Positions 37,598-50,552 of a DNA stretch of 64,000 nucleotides are shown here, one piece after another; position 1 is the stretch's first letter; every line of letters starts with the position of its first letter. The notes beneath the pieces were generated by a model. It was not told the origin of the DNA, ran no database searches, and saw only the letters and a program-made list of their open reading frames with translations. Source of the DNA: Marsupella aquatica (Eukaryota > Plantae > Marchantiophyta); contig OZ316896.1 in NCBI GenBank assembly GCA_973895155.1, forward strand, positions 15,438,576 to 15,502,575. Direction: 5' to 3'. A program made the translations under genes and the position numbers.

Positions 37598-39211
37598 TCT
37601 AATTCGAAATAACTTAATGGGCCCTCTTCATTTTTTAGTTAACTTTGAGTGCATTTTTTGGAAAAGGTCTCCTCTACTTTTGTTAAAACTATTAGAAATG
37701 AAAATTCTCTAAGGCTTTAGAATATTAATGTACTTTATTAAAGCATCAGGGGCAATACTAGTCCCTCAAACTTGAAAGTTAAATCATTCATATTTCCAAG
37801 CATTGAGGAGGATACTATATTCATAATCACTTCAAGTCAGCATTTACTTGCCCACTATTTGCCATGCACACTGGGTAGACACCATACCTGAATGGCCCAG
37901 AGTTCTTGTATAAGAACCCCAACTGATCTCATCTCATAAGGAATAAGGAATAAAAAGAAACCTCCTCTGAGTTCTTGTGCAGTCAAACTGCAGCCCAGAT
38001 TCAATCTTATCTAAAGACAATAATTTAAAAATAAATAAATAAAATTTTCTTTTTCTTTTTGATGGTTTGTTTATAATATCATTTGTCGGAAGCGTCCTTG
38101 GCAGTTAGATTATGGCAACATTTTTCCTAACCAAGAGATGGACCTGAAGGTGTTATTGTACACTTTTTCCATGCCAAAGAAGTCATTTTCCATGTAGTTT
38201 GCACACTCTTTGAATTGAAAATCAATTGCTAGACCTATGTGCTGACCTCCCTGGAGTGTCCTGGCGTACTGCCTGGCCATTTCATTTACACTCGTAACAC
38301 TTTTTATCAACAGTCCTCTCCTAACCACGGAACATTGGCCTACAAGGAAACAATAGGGAGGCTCAAAGATTGAAATTTGATGGACCTTAACTTAGTAGTT
38401 AAGGAAAGCAACATAAACATTATGGATTGCCAAATTCATGATCCATAACTTTTAGCCATGACCCCAAGCCCCTCTAGTGGCTATTTAATGAAAAAACCAA
38501 AAACATTTTACATAACCCAGTCAAAAAGCTATGACCATTTGTTTATGGCGGGATTTATGGCCAAAAACCATCATCCACAACTTTGAAGCTTTTGGACACC
38601 CTATTAATAGGAAGTCTTGAAGCTAGGCTTCTGTTGACAGTTACGGAAATGTGGTCCATCCTCATAGTTATGGGACCCAGATAGCTTTGACCTGCCCCAT
38701 AAGGCAGGAGTTATGGTCTCACCTATCTCATAGCATATATCATTTTCATTTCATTCTAGATCACCTGCCATCTCAAATGTAGTAGTCATCACCAAGTGTG
38801 CTTCAAGTTGGCTTTCCAGACTTCAGAACTTTTTTGGATTTCTGGATTTGGGTCTCAAATTTCAGAAAAGTTACAAGTTAAGTGTTGAGCCTGTGGACTT
38901 TCCTTACACTAGCCCAAAGATTGACTCCCATAACTTTACAGGAGTTCCTATAACTCAAGCTCTTATACTAGTATTGCCAAATTGAGATGCCCCCTAATGG
39001 GCACTTGAAAAGCCACCCTAAGTTACGTTAGCATAACTGTAGCACTAGGTGTGATCATTTGAATTTACTTTTCAGCTATTTTACTGGATCACAAAAGAAC
39101 AATAGCTATTGGGATCATCAATTTGACGTTACTTTAATACTACTTTCTTATGCTGGAGAGCTTCATATGGCCTGGGGATCATCATTTGCCTTTCCTTTTT
39201 AAGCTTCTGTT

Positions 39212-39373
39212 GGAGCACTGTAGTATAATAGCATTGGGATCACAAGTTTACCAATTTATGTAGGAGCACTGTAGCATAATAGCATTGGGATCACAAGCAT
39301 ACCAATTTATGTGGGAGTACTGTAGCATAATAGCATTGGGATCACAAGTATACCAATTTATGTAGGAGCACTG
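39212..39373. repeat. Tandem repeat, 51-bp unit x3
   Basis: ggagcactgtagcataatagcattgggatcacaag..taccaatttatgt(a/g) three times. Confidence 0.9.
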
Positions 39374-41171
39374 CAGTTAATGGTGTATTTTTAATTCCCG
39401 TCTGACACCATCGTTTACTAGGGTAATCTAATGCACTTTGCACGTCATTCGAGGAGAAACTCCAGTTGTGCTGTTTAGCTAAGTTGTGAGTGACTTACGT
39501 GTTGCTAACTAATATCATTTTGAGCGATATGAAAGTCCCACCACTTTTAGAAGGGATTCACAATCCTTTAGAAAATTAGAAGCTAAATAGTGTCTAGTAG
39601 GAAACTGACATGTGGGGAAAAAAGTAAAGCGAGATTATGAGAGAAACATGAAAGGCCCACCACTTCTACAGTAGAAGCTAAATAGTTGTTTACTCTAAAA
39701 CTGACATGCTGGGATGAAAGTGGGGCCAATGCCTTGTAAGGCCAGAGGTAGTAAGGAGATAGCACATGTACCAAGTTTATACAAAAAATTGCAAAAGAAC
39801 AAAAGGCCTAACCGGGTGACATGATCACAACGGCCAAAATCCCAATAAAGGGGCAAAACAAAGAAAAAAACCGGGAAAATGCAAGAGCCGAAAACCAGAA
39901 GGGCCAAGAAGCTAAGAAGCCCACATGGCCAAAGAACAAAAACCCAACGAATGGCCAATGAACAAGATCCCTACTTTCTTGGATATTCAGCGAGGCAAAA
40001 CTTGCCTTCAAGAATTGGTAGGCCCATGCCACTTCCTGTTCCAAAGGCAACAGGCTCCAAAGGCAATCCTAATTCTCAGAGTGCTGCTCTTGTTGCAAAG
40101 AGCGATTCAAGTAAATTTTCCTCTGCCCAACTCCAAGAAATCATGTTTTTCAACATAGTGTTGCTCTTGTTACAATAAGCACTTTGAGTACTTTGCTGCT
40201 GCGGAGGTACCGAAGGTTTCAATGCAATACTAAATGTATACCTTCAGTCCATTCCATGCAAGTTTTCATTTCACTTCTCGGAGCACAGAATCTCCTTACC
40301 CTAACTAAAATGTAGTTAATCACTCAATGAGAACATTGATTATCTAGATTCTCTCATGGTTAGGTGTAAAGTGCTCAGTCTACCTATCATAGTCCATGGG
40401 ATAACTGGAGACAATGTACCAGTCCATCTTGGCTTTAGTTTCAACTAAGAAGATAGAAATTTTAAGTAGTTTAAAATTTTGATATCCATGGTACGAGATT
40501 TATAAATATCAACATTACAGGTCTTCCAACGATTTTTGGAAAGTCAAGAAATGGTAATGTATTGTTCAATCATGCATTCATAGATCTTATCATTACATTT
40601 CCAGACATGGCCTAAACTAATCAAGTGGAGTTAAAATGAAGAAGTTAGGATAATCATGGGCGTTGGTCAAGATTGAGCCCTTGACTTCACCACGGTGAAC
40701 TGCCCTGTGCAATATGAAGTGTGTGCACACCCAGGCTGCTAGTAAGTGCCTACTAGTGGTCAATTGTGTGTGTGCAACTCTATTCATTTTTTACTGGCGG
40801 CTAGGGTTTTCCTGGTGCATGGTAGGTTCCCCCTTGTCACCGACACTTCACTCTGTGGACTGACAGAAGGAAGGGAGCGATGTACGTTCTCACTATTGTT
40901 CTCGCTATTGTTCCATTGGAGTCCTCATTAGATCAGGAATTACCACGAGTGCCTATGGAGCATAACACATCCAACCTACCTGAATGGGATCAACCCATAG
41001 TTTTATACAAAAGTAGGACCGAAGCAAAACTGTCTGCCCAGGGATTGAACTTGAGACTTGCTGGTCACTCAATGTGTTTGTGTTCACTCAACATTTTGTG
41101 TCAGACAATCAGTTTAGGAAACTTCTCAATGGCCCACTGTTTGACACTTTTTTTCATTTCTTATCAAGAAG

Positions 41172-42158
41172 TATAATACACAGTTGCGTCACTTTTTAGA
41201 GTGGTCATCATTCAAATTTGCAGGGCACAAAAATCAAAAAATCTGGTCAAAGGTAAGCAATAAAGCCATTTTCCCTTTTTCAGGTTTAGGGTTTAGTCTA
41301 CACCCCTCATTTTGTTATACTTTTGTGTTTGTCATAGCCAATCTTTTGTGCAATCATGACATCTTTTATTCAAGAATTTTTTTGTGCAAGGAGAAAAAGA
41401 AAAAGAAAAAAAGGGAACTTTTGTGGCCGTCCTTACTTTTGCACAATGATATCTTTCACTAAACAAAAGTTTTTGTGCAATAATATATTTTAACATTTTT
41501 TTCAACGATATCTTTTGCACCACAATCTATTTCTCAACAACATCATTAACCAAATAACATCTTTTATGCAACACACGAGGATTGAAAGGATTCCGACAGA
41601 ATGGTCATCTTTGCTAAACCCTAAATTAAACCTGAAACCGATAATATAACATTGCGCCAATTTATAGAGTGGTCATCATTCAAATGCAGGGGCATTTTGG
41701 GTAAAAAAAGAAAAACAATGAAAAAGACTCGCTCCTTCTCTCCTTGACATTTTATTTCAAAACATCTTTCACATAACAACTTTGATGAAACGACACATTT
41801 TTTCTTATAACACCTTTTATTTCACGATATCTTTGGCAAAATGACACCTTTTTCTTAACAACATATTTCACATAATGGCATCTCTGGCAAGTGATTTCTT
41901 TTTTCTTAACAACATTGTTTTACTCCATGACATCTTTCACATGACAACATCTTGGGCGACATGACATCTTTTGTGCAATGCACAGGTGTTTTCCCTCAAC
42001 AATGTCTTGGCCGACACGACATCTTTTCTCTCCACGACCTCTTGGCCAACACGACATCTTTTCTCTCAACGACCTCTTGGCCGACATGACATCTTTTTTT
42101 CTCAACAACATCTTGGCCGACACGACTTCTTTTGTGCAATGCACAGGTATTGAGGTAG
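41172..42158 (+). mobile_element. Two head-to-tail Helitron-derived units with the 35-bp minisatellite
   Basis: tagagtggtcatcattcaaat at ~41197 and ~41664. The first unit ends in a decayed hairpin (~41566). The second has 35-bp repeats and tgtgcaatgcacaggtattgagGTAG|T. Confidence 0.6.
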
Positions 42159-43733
42159 TCGTTCAGTAAAGGGGGTCATTTCGAGGCCAAAAAACATTCT
42201 TAGTGTTAGACATACAAGCCGACTGTCCACATTGATTACCACTGAGTAAATATTGAAAGAAGTGGGCGGCAAAAGCTAATTGATTTGACGACTTAGTTTT
42301 TCAGTGGATATCAATCGAGTTCCGATAGGCCCAAGCTGGAACCAACCATCTGAGATCCCTAGGCACTAGTACGCCTCAAGGGAGGCTTGCACAGTTAAAA
42401 GATACAATTGTTCCACTTGTAATCCAAGTGTTCGTGTTTCAAAATTAAATAAACCGTCATTATGAAAACGGTGCACCTTCATGCCACTTTTTCTTTGAAT
42501 GCCACTGAGCCAAGGCAGTTGGTTATAGGGACTCTAATCAAATTACTCTCCAGGACCTAGGTTCAATACTCCCTGGCTCTTTAGCCTTTTGGTCTTCCTT
42601 ATCTTTTGTCTCCCCTCCATTAGATCGGGTTTCTGCCTTTGGAATCAAAATGAATATTTTCTAATTTATACCTAAATTATCGTAGATGAGATACCGATTC
42701 TCTCTAGTTTTAACTAATTAAAAAGAAATTTGATACCCAGTGAAAGTAAGGAAAGATCACATGTGACCTTAAGAACAAGTACAACAATACCAGTTTACAC
42801 AGTTGTTTTATTTCGATCGTTTTTTCATCATTCATCATCATATGATCCAAGGAAATTTATCCCCGACTCCTAGCGTACGCTCCCCTTTCCATCAATGAGG
42901 ACCGCATCTACAGATTCCACTCAAGAGTTTCATTCATGGAAACTTATCAGTGTACGCTACTCAGTAGAATTCCTTCGTCATCATTACGGTTGGGCTTGCC
43001 GAGTCCTTGCATCTGGCAAAAATGGCATTCTCTTTCCAAAAAGCTCCACAAACGCAAGAAAAGCCAAGAAACACAATCTTCCAACGCTAGTGCGTCTGGT
43101 TGTTGTTGCAACGAGATGCACGAAAAACCAAACCACATAAAGCCGGCCTTATTTGCTCATGGTGATAAAGACTTGCTCCGAGATTGCTTGTCACCGTACG
43201 AATTTCATCCACAGTAAGGACTACTGATGCACATCAGTTGTGACGAATCTTCTCCGTTGGATGTTCTTCTTGGCCAAGATCCTTACTTACTGCAAGCTAG
43301 CAGCCAAAAGAGCTTTGTTCGCCACACCTCAAAAGAAAGCCTTTCTAGTAAACAACAGAAATGCTTGACAAGAGTGGTCAATTGACAACATGTCCCACAC
43401 CTCTCTTGCTTTCTCGTCAACCAGGGGACTTGAATGCGATTATCCTCTGCTGTCTACAGTTCTCTGGGTCCCTTCATAAATTCGGAATCCACACCAAGGT
43501 AGTATTCATTAGCTTCTTCTGATAGAAGCTCAACACCTAAAAAATCGTGGGACTGGACTACAGTTTGGGAAATAACAAGCCCATCTGTGCGTCTGATGTT
43601 ATATCTCACATTTTCAAAAAAAATCTGGTAAAGCTTAGTACACCAACGTGCCCTTTTATACCCCGATGCGTGGTTTAATCAGCTTGGGAGCTACTTCTAG
43701 AAATGAATAATCCACAACTCAAGATTGATGTAA

Positions 43734-46700
43734 TTAGTCACCGTGGATTGTGTACCGCTCCCATCTCTTTGTTGGGTCGTAAATCTACAAACACAACAAA
43801 AAAACATAAATGCAATTAATAAGATCACAAAGACTACAAAACGTAGCAGCTTGCTGTCCATCTCACTGCAAGACTTCTTAAAAGTAGGCTGATGAAACGC
43901 GGTCTCCACCTATTGTCTTGGATGCTTGCACATCCGACGACCCGGGCTGAATTGCAAGTCTCCAGGCACAGAAGATACATAATAGAGTTGTGAGACAATA
44001 CCTCCCACCTTGAAGCTGGGAAAATGTGCTTGTTTTTCTCGTACCAGTGCCGCTCTACAACCTTCCCTGCATGTGACTGTCCAAAATCGACAATCGTAAG
44101 GTCTGGTTTTGTTGTAGGTCTGGGTACTATTATGAAGTTTATGGTTTAAGACGGCTGATTATCAAAAAAGCGCTGTACCTCATCTTTCTCGATAGTAGCA
44201 TCTGCAATGGTTCTAATATCTTCGTGTACATCGAAGTGAAACAGCTGCATACCCACGTTTGAAAAGATGTAAGAGCTTCAAAGACAACAACACATTTCTT
44301 CAAGTAAACCTCATGCACACCTAGCACAGTGAGAATGGCCTTCTTCCAGGTATCTACTTTTGATATCTAGGTCCGCAAGACAATAATAGGAAGTCTGACT
44401 TACAGGACCACTTTTTCCCCGAGCCTTGTTGATGATGAGCTCATAGAAACTATGTTGCTGTGTTCACAGATGCCGATGTCAACGTCAGATCGACCACGCC
44501 TCATCAAAACAAATTGAGATGTCTACGCTAACATTTTAGACCTCTACTTTGTACAGAGTCATCAGCTTTCAAAACTAAAGAGGAGCATATCAGAAACAAG
44601 GTAATAACAATCATCTTCATGACCCGAATCGAAGATAGGTGATGCCCAGGACAAACCAAACCTAGCAGAACTTCTAAAGATGCATCTTTAGTCATCTTAC
44701 ATGGGGTATTATCAAGTCCTCCTTCACATAAAGAAGATTTTCAACTGATGCAGTGCGTATTTCTCTGAACTCCGAAGCAAGTTGTTGTTGGACGGCACGT
44801 AAAAATTCAGCAATAGAGTCTCCCTTGCGAACCTGCATCCCAAAAATCAAGAACGCCGCATGATGTTCCAGTAACAATCACTCAACTCAAGAACGGAGCT
44901 TGAATGACAAATTTTGACGATCAGTTTCTGAAAAACGCTTTATAACAAACTAATGGTAAAAACCCACACCTGAATAACGCGTCGATGACCAGCGCCATCC
45001 CAATAACTGTACGTAATCTCCAAAGGCTCATCTGCACCATCCCAATGATTGACCTCAGAAACAACCCCTCTTTATTCAATATAAACAGGGCACTTAGGTC
45101 AACAAGACCACAGAAAATCATTAATCACAAATAAATTGAGATGAAAACTTACTGCGTATCCGTTCCTGTTCTTTCAACCACTGTTTACGCAAACGTTCAC
45201 GCTCAGCTTGCTCCTCAGCCTCACGCTCTCTGGAAGTAGCACCCTCCACTCCCTTGACATCCACGTTATTACCAGGCTGGGGACAGAGTCAATGCAACAT
45301 CGACCTAACACTCTGGAGTTCAATAGTGATGAACACGACGACTGACTCCAAGACCCATCATTGATCAGAAATATATACGTCGCTTGAACAATATGATCCT
45401 TCCCAGCAGACGAAAAAAGTAGCAAGATGTTACAATTGGAAGAAGAAAGAACAAGCCTTGGTGGCACCTCTCATATGGAAACAAACTTCAGCCAGGCATA
45501 ACGATATAAACTCCTCATACCTGTCCGGTAAGAAACTAGTCTCAACACTTGGATCCTTTCCAAACTTGCCAAGTTTTGCTTTGCGCTCCTCCTCTAACTC
45601 TGTACATTGCACAATTCGTGATCGCAATTTTATTAGTAGCTGTTGCAGGCAGAGAAAGTAAACTTGTAAGACCGTCTTCACCCCACTCAACTCGTATCTG
45701 GCTGTAGAATAAAAACCCCTTCAACTCGTACCTCCACTCACGTCCTCGTCAGAATCAACCTCGAACTCATCCGCAAATGACAGCTTTGATGGCCCCTTGG
45801 CTCTCCTTTTCTTCCGCTTTAGCGCATGACGTTCTTCTTCTCTGAGTATTTGAAGGGCACCCGGAATTAAAACACAGGAGTCAAAGTGCACAGACCGTAC
45901 TGCTCTATATATAATCTAAGAGTCTAAACAACGTATTCCCAACGCTGTAAAGCTCAGACGCTCACATACAAAAGCACTACAACACGACACGACACGAACT
46001 GGAGTAGGGATAAATCCAAAAAAGTCTCACAAAAGTAATCAGAATTGAGGCTAAAGACTAGAAAAATAAGATGCTGTCAAGAAAGTGGGCAGACTTCGTA
46101 CTCTTGTGCAAGCTTCTTCTCTCTTTCTTTCTCCTCTTCTTCGATCTTACTCCGAAGATTCACCCTCTGCGGGTGACCATAATAGAAAACAAGGAAGGGC
46201 ATCATCATCAAAAACGATATACGGTTAGAGCAATTTCAGTATTCGGGAAAAGTCTCACAGCCCACTTTCGAACCAATATCCAAATCGGCAAAGATATCTG
46301 AATCGAACAACAGAGCTTTGTGGAGACACTGTCCATGATGAACAAAATCTCACTCCAACATCTAGAGATGTTTGATGTCCTCTCAAAGATCGAACGCGCA
46401 CCTTCTCAACAAACTGCTCTCTGGTCACCAATCCCACAGTCTCTTTCTTAAATGCACTCTCCAATATCTGCATCACAAAATCGTTTCAGAACAAGCACAA
46501 AGAAATCCTCGAAAGCTGGAAAGGGTCCAATACAAGCAGATATATATATAAGTAAGGTAGATCAGACTTGAAACCGGAGACATGAAACTAAGCTCAAGTA
46601 TATAGAAATTAGAGCACAATACTATCATCAGAAACTATGTATCAGAGAAGCACTGCACGAATTCTGGAAGTCAAGACTCGATTGGCACTTCTAACAGTTT

Positions 46701-47428
46701 CACTCCCTCATATCTCTGCGCTTCAAAGTTGCGTAGGTACTTCAAGCTACCAACTGGATTACAGTCAAACAGATCCTTCCAACTAGACTGCAGTTGAAAA
46801 GATCAGAATCAAAGAGAAATAGGGATAGGGCACAATTATCAATGAGCCAGTACTCGAGACCACGTCTCTATTTCATAAGTCATAGTACTTTGGTAATTGT
46901 GCCCAAACCCTACTGGACCATGATGCTTACTAACATGACAAGCTTGTAAGCTTCAGACGCAGTGAATTGAGCCTAAGCCAGATTGATTAATAACCTATAA
47001 CCCGACGGGACATTATTTGCATTCAGTACATTTTTCCTCAGAATCCTCAACGGCGAAATTATCACATCCAAAAAGAAAACCTCAAACGGCCGGTCACAAT
47101 TCCTGAAAGCTTCCAAAATGCCGAAACCTTGTAACATAGTATGCAGAACAATTTGAGGGGAACATCAAATGGAGGATGGTGGGGGAACCGGTGGGTAAGA
47201 AGGAAAGGGTTTAGCGACGGGACGAGAACAGAAAGTCCGACTCCTAACTACGACGGTACTTACCTCCGATGTTGCTTGGCCGAATTGCACCAGTCCGACT
47301 TGCCCCTCGCTGGACTTCTTTTTCAAATCCAGGATTTTCTGGCGCTCCTGATCACGCTGCTTCTGCAAACGCCGGATACGAGCGGCATCCTGTGCCGTTC
47401 CCACATAGCCATCTCCCATTCCCGCCAT
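43734..47428 (-). CDS. XCT: XAP5 CIRCADIAN TIMEKEEPER (FAM50/XAP5 family), ~12 exons
   Basis: [140 protein letters not shown]. All flanked by GT-AG. Confidence 0.95.
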
Positions 47429-47578
47429 CTTCGTTCAAGTCTCTCGTCCCCTGAGTCTGCGCCTCCCGATCGGCTGAGCTTCACCTTCGACGATTGTTCT
47501 GCTCTTTCGAAAAACGCCTCGCTCACTAATCAGTACGTTGGGTTCGCAAGAGAGGATTCTGTGTACCTTAGTAGTAAC

Positions 47579-47884
47579 CAGGGTTTTTTTTAGTGTCGAA
47601 AATTCGCCAAATTCCAGCTCCCCAAAAATCTTTCGCCACGTTTGTCTAAAATTTGTTACTAGTTCTCTCTCTCTCTCATTAGCCTCTCTCTCTCTCATTA
47701 GCCTGTCTCATTAGCCGGTGTTCCACCTAATCAGAGACCCCATTAGCCAGAATCTAAGGGTTTAATCCAAGATCTCATGGTTATGAAATTAATTGAACAG
47801 GGAATCTTTTTGAGTATATTCTCGTTCACACACCCTGCATTCGCCACTCTGGCAAAAAAAGTAAAATCCTTAAAAAATACACTG
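47579..47884. mobile_element. hAT-type MITE
   Basis: TIRs CAGGGTTTTTTTT / AAAAAATACACTG. Perfect 8-bp TSD GTAGTAAC at 47571-47578 and 47885-47892. Confidence 0.88.
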
Positions 47885-48846
47885 GTAGTAACTATCCTGA
47901 TTTGACCACTTCCTTGAACGTAAATTAGACCTGTTCCTTTGGACGTAAATTACAAGGAACTAAAATAGAGATGAGACAAACAAAAACCTTAACTATCTGC
48001 CATTCATCTCTCACTCTAGACAGTAGCCCATTAATTAGCTTTTGATTATATACTTATAGATAGATTAGGTCCAAGCACGTAACAATGCCCTTGTGTTTGC
48101 CTATCTGCCATTCATCTTTCCCCCCCCATCTCTGTTTGCTATTTGCACCCTCACTTTTAATTATGTCCTTAGAGTCACTGTGCTTCACTGCTCAAGAAAC
48201 TAACCCACTAATTTGCTTTTGATTATATAATTATAGATTAGGTTTATGCACATAATAATTAATTAGCCCCCAAGGCCCTTGTGTGGCTGGGCATTGTGAC
48301 ACTAAATGATGTTGAGTAGCAGTGAAATTGGGTACACTAATTGATGTTGAGTAGAAGCCATGTTGGGTAGAAGTGTTATGGACCACAAGTGAGGTGGGGA
48401 GAGAGTAGCATGCTACCATGAGTTGGGAAGTTGATAGAATATTGTCCATTGTTGGTGATGTTGAGCACAAGTGAAATGGTCAGGCAGTCAGACACTGTGG
48501 GGACTTGGCAAGTTGGTCAAGTATCATGGATAGTAAGTGATGTTGAGGAGAAGTGTTCTGGAGCATAAGTGAGTTTGCCAGGCAGCCGGATGTTGCTTGG
48601 AGTCTGTCCGGCAAATGGAGATTACGGAAGGTGCAAGCTAGGGTTAGAGTGACACCTTTAGGTTTATTTCTTGCTAAGGAAAAAATGTCACCATAAAGAA
48701 TGCCTAGGGAGATTTCCTGTCAGAATGACTTTTGTAAACAGACCATGAAAAAAGAGTAGGATTGTATATTATGGTGCTCAGATTCAGGCCCCCAGGCCTT
48801 GACTCTGATCATTGAGCTCGTAGGCTGGTGGCCCCTGTTGGGTGTG

Positions 48847-48998
48847 CATGTTTATGTTGGCCATTTTGTGGCTTTGGTTGCCTGGCGGGTAACCCACCAA
48901 AAAAGGCAACCAAAGCCACAAAATGGCCAACATAAACATGGAGCCGAAAAGCACTCTTGAGTAAAAACAGTGGAGACTCAAGAGTGCTTTTCGGCTCC
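48847..48998. repeat. Two abutting perfect inverted repeats (37-bp and 23-bp arms)
   Basis: 48847-48883 is the exact reverse complement of 48904-48940. 48940-48962 is the exact reverse complement of 48976-48998. Confidence 0.95.
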
Positions 48999-49050
48999 CT
49001 ATCAGGTGTTTCTGTCTCAACAAGCTAGGCACAAGCCATAGAGCACTAGT

Positions 49051-49396
49051 TGTTAGGATTTACTCTTAGGTCTAGAGTTACAAATGTACCATAGTTAAGG
49101 CTAACCTTAGTCACAGACTTGGTTAGGTTAGTCATGTTGTGCATACTCTATAACCAAGCGGTGTTTGCTTGGAGAGTGAGAACTCAGGCTCATTGTTACG
49201 GAGCTAATTGAGAGATAGAGAGAGCTTGTGTTGTGGATGCTTGGTATGGCCGGTCGGCCCTAGAGTACAGTAAAATTCATGTGTGTTCCCGTGGACGTAG
49301 CCTTATGAGGAGGTGAATCACGTATCTATGTGTGTCAACTCTTGTGCGTTGGATGGTTCATGGGCTTGCCGTTGCGATTGTCATCTATGCTCAAAA
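49051..49396 (+). mobile_element. Solo LTR of the copia B family
   Basis: Colinear with the B LTR (tgttaggatttactctta ... tgtgcgttggatggttcatgggcttgccgttgcgat..tctatgctcaaaa) but lacks the 18-bp array. TSD CTAGT/CTAGC. Confidence 0.88.
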
Positions 49397-50552
49397 CTAG
49401 CATGGCTTAACTAGACATTGGGGCCTGTTTTGTAATCCCTCCTGAGCTTTAATGTGGACCAAATGAAATGGGTGGAAACGGTTACAATTAGCTTAACAAA
49501 CTCGGGGGCACATTTAGGTATAGTGTTCACCCTGGGGTGTCCACCTATATTCTAAATGACAGGCACCGGCCTCAAGTAAATGCTGAATGATGTAGACTGC
49601 TTATTTTGTCTAGGATTTTAGATATTAACCTCTAGAGGTAGTCCAACCATTTCCAAACTTTGGCTCCCTCATTCAAATGATTTGCATTTATTAACCTCCC
49701 CCACAAGGTGGATGTGAGTAGGGACAAGTTATCATATTACTGCTAATTGAATTAATTACAGTCACAAGACCTTGATTATGGCACTGCTTTAAACCATAGC
49801 TGTCCTTCAAGAGGTAGGGGTTACCCTTACAATACAAATTTCACTGTCAATAGCAAACTTTTCCCAACATTATGGGGGTAGAATGGACCTTAATGGAAGG
49901 AAAGAAGTGAGTGTAATGTGTAAAAAGGGACGAGTCTTGGACACTTCCCCATTATATATGGGGTTAAGCCCTTGATTATGTCAGTATTTTGACACGCCTT
50001 AATGGTACAGAAAGGAGATACAAACATGCAATGGTGCACAGACCGCAAGACAGATGCCAGCCAGAGAGGACCAAGATGGGGAGAACGAAAAACTCTCGTC
50101 AGCAAGTCGTCAGAATGTGAAATTCATGTTGACTGGAGAGCCGCAGTGCTCTCAATCACAAGCAGGATCCAAAGTCCTGTTCCATATTGAGTGAATGAAT
50201 CTGAAAACCGCGTAATCGAAGCTCTGTGCAGTGGTTGCGGAAGCTAGTCTACCAATTCCTACTAATGTTGCTGAAGTCTCGCCTCTGGAATTCATCGTCT
50301 TCAAGGTCACTCTGCGGACAATATCTCCACATTCATCCCCCCAGACCCTCCTTCTTCCCTTCTTCGTTCCCTGCCCATGTGTCTCCTCTTCATCCTCCCG
50401 GGAAACCAGGTTTGAAGAGTTCTTCTTCTTCTTCTTGATTTAGAGACTTTCTATGCCCACCAGTCCCCAATCCTCCTCCTTTTCACCGCCGATGTGTAGC
50501 ATGAGCAGGAGTTCTGGACTGTGCAGGTGCTGAAAGGTGCAGCTCCTGCAAT

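Noticed and set aside
39212-39373. 51-bp x3 repeat as a CRISPR or regulatory array
   Set aside because: A plain tandem duplication with no spacers.
42895-43217. Short ORFs downstream of XCT
   Set aside because: No recognisable domain or exon chain. Likely XCT 3' UTR or intergenic sequence.
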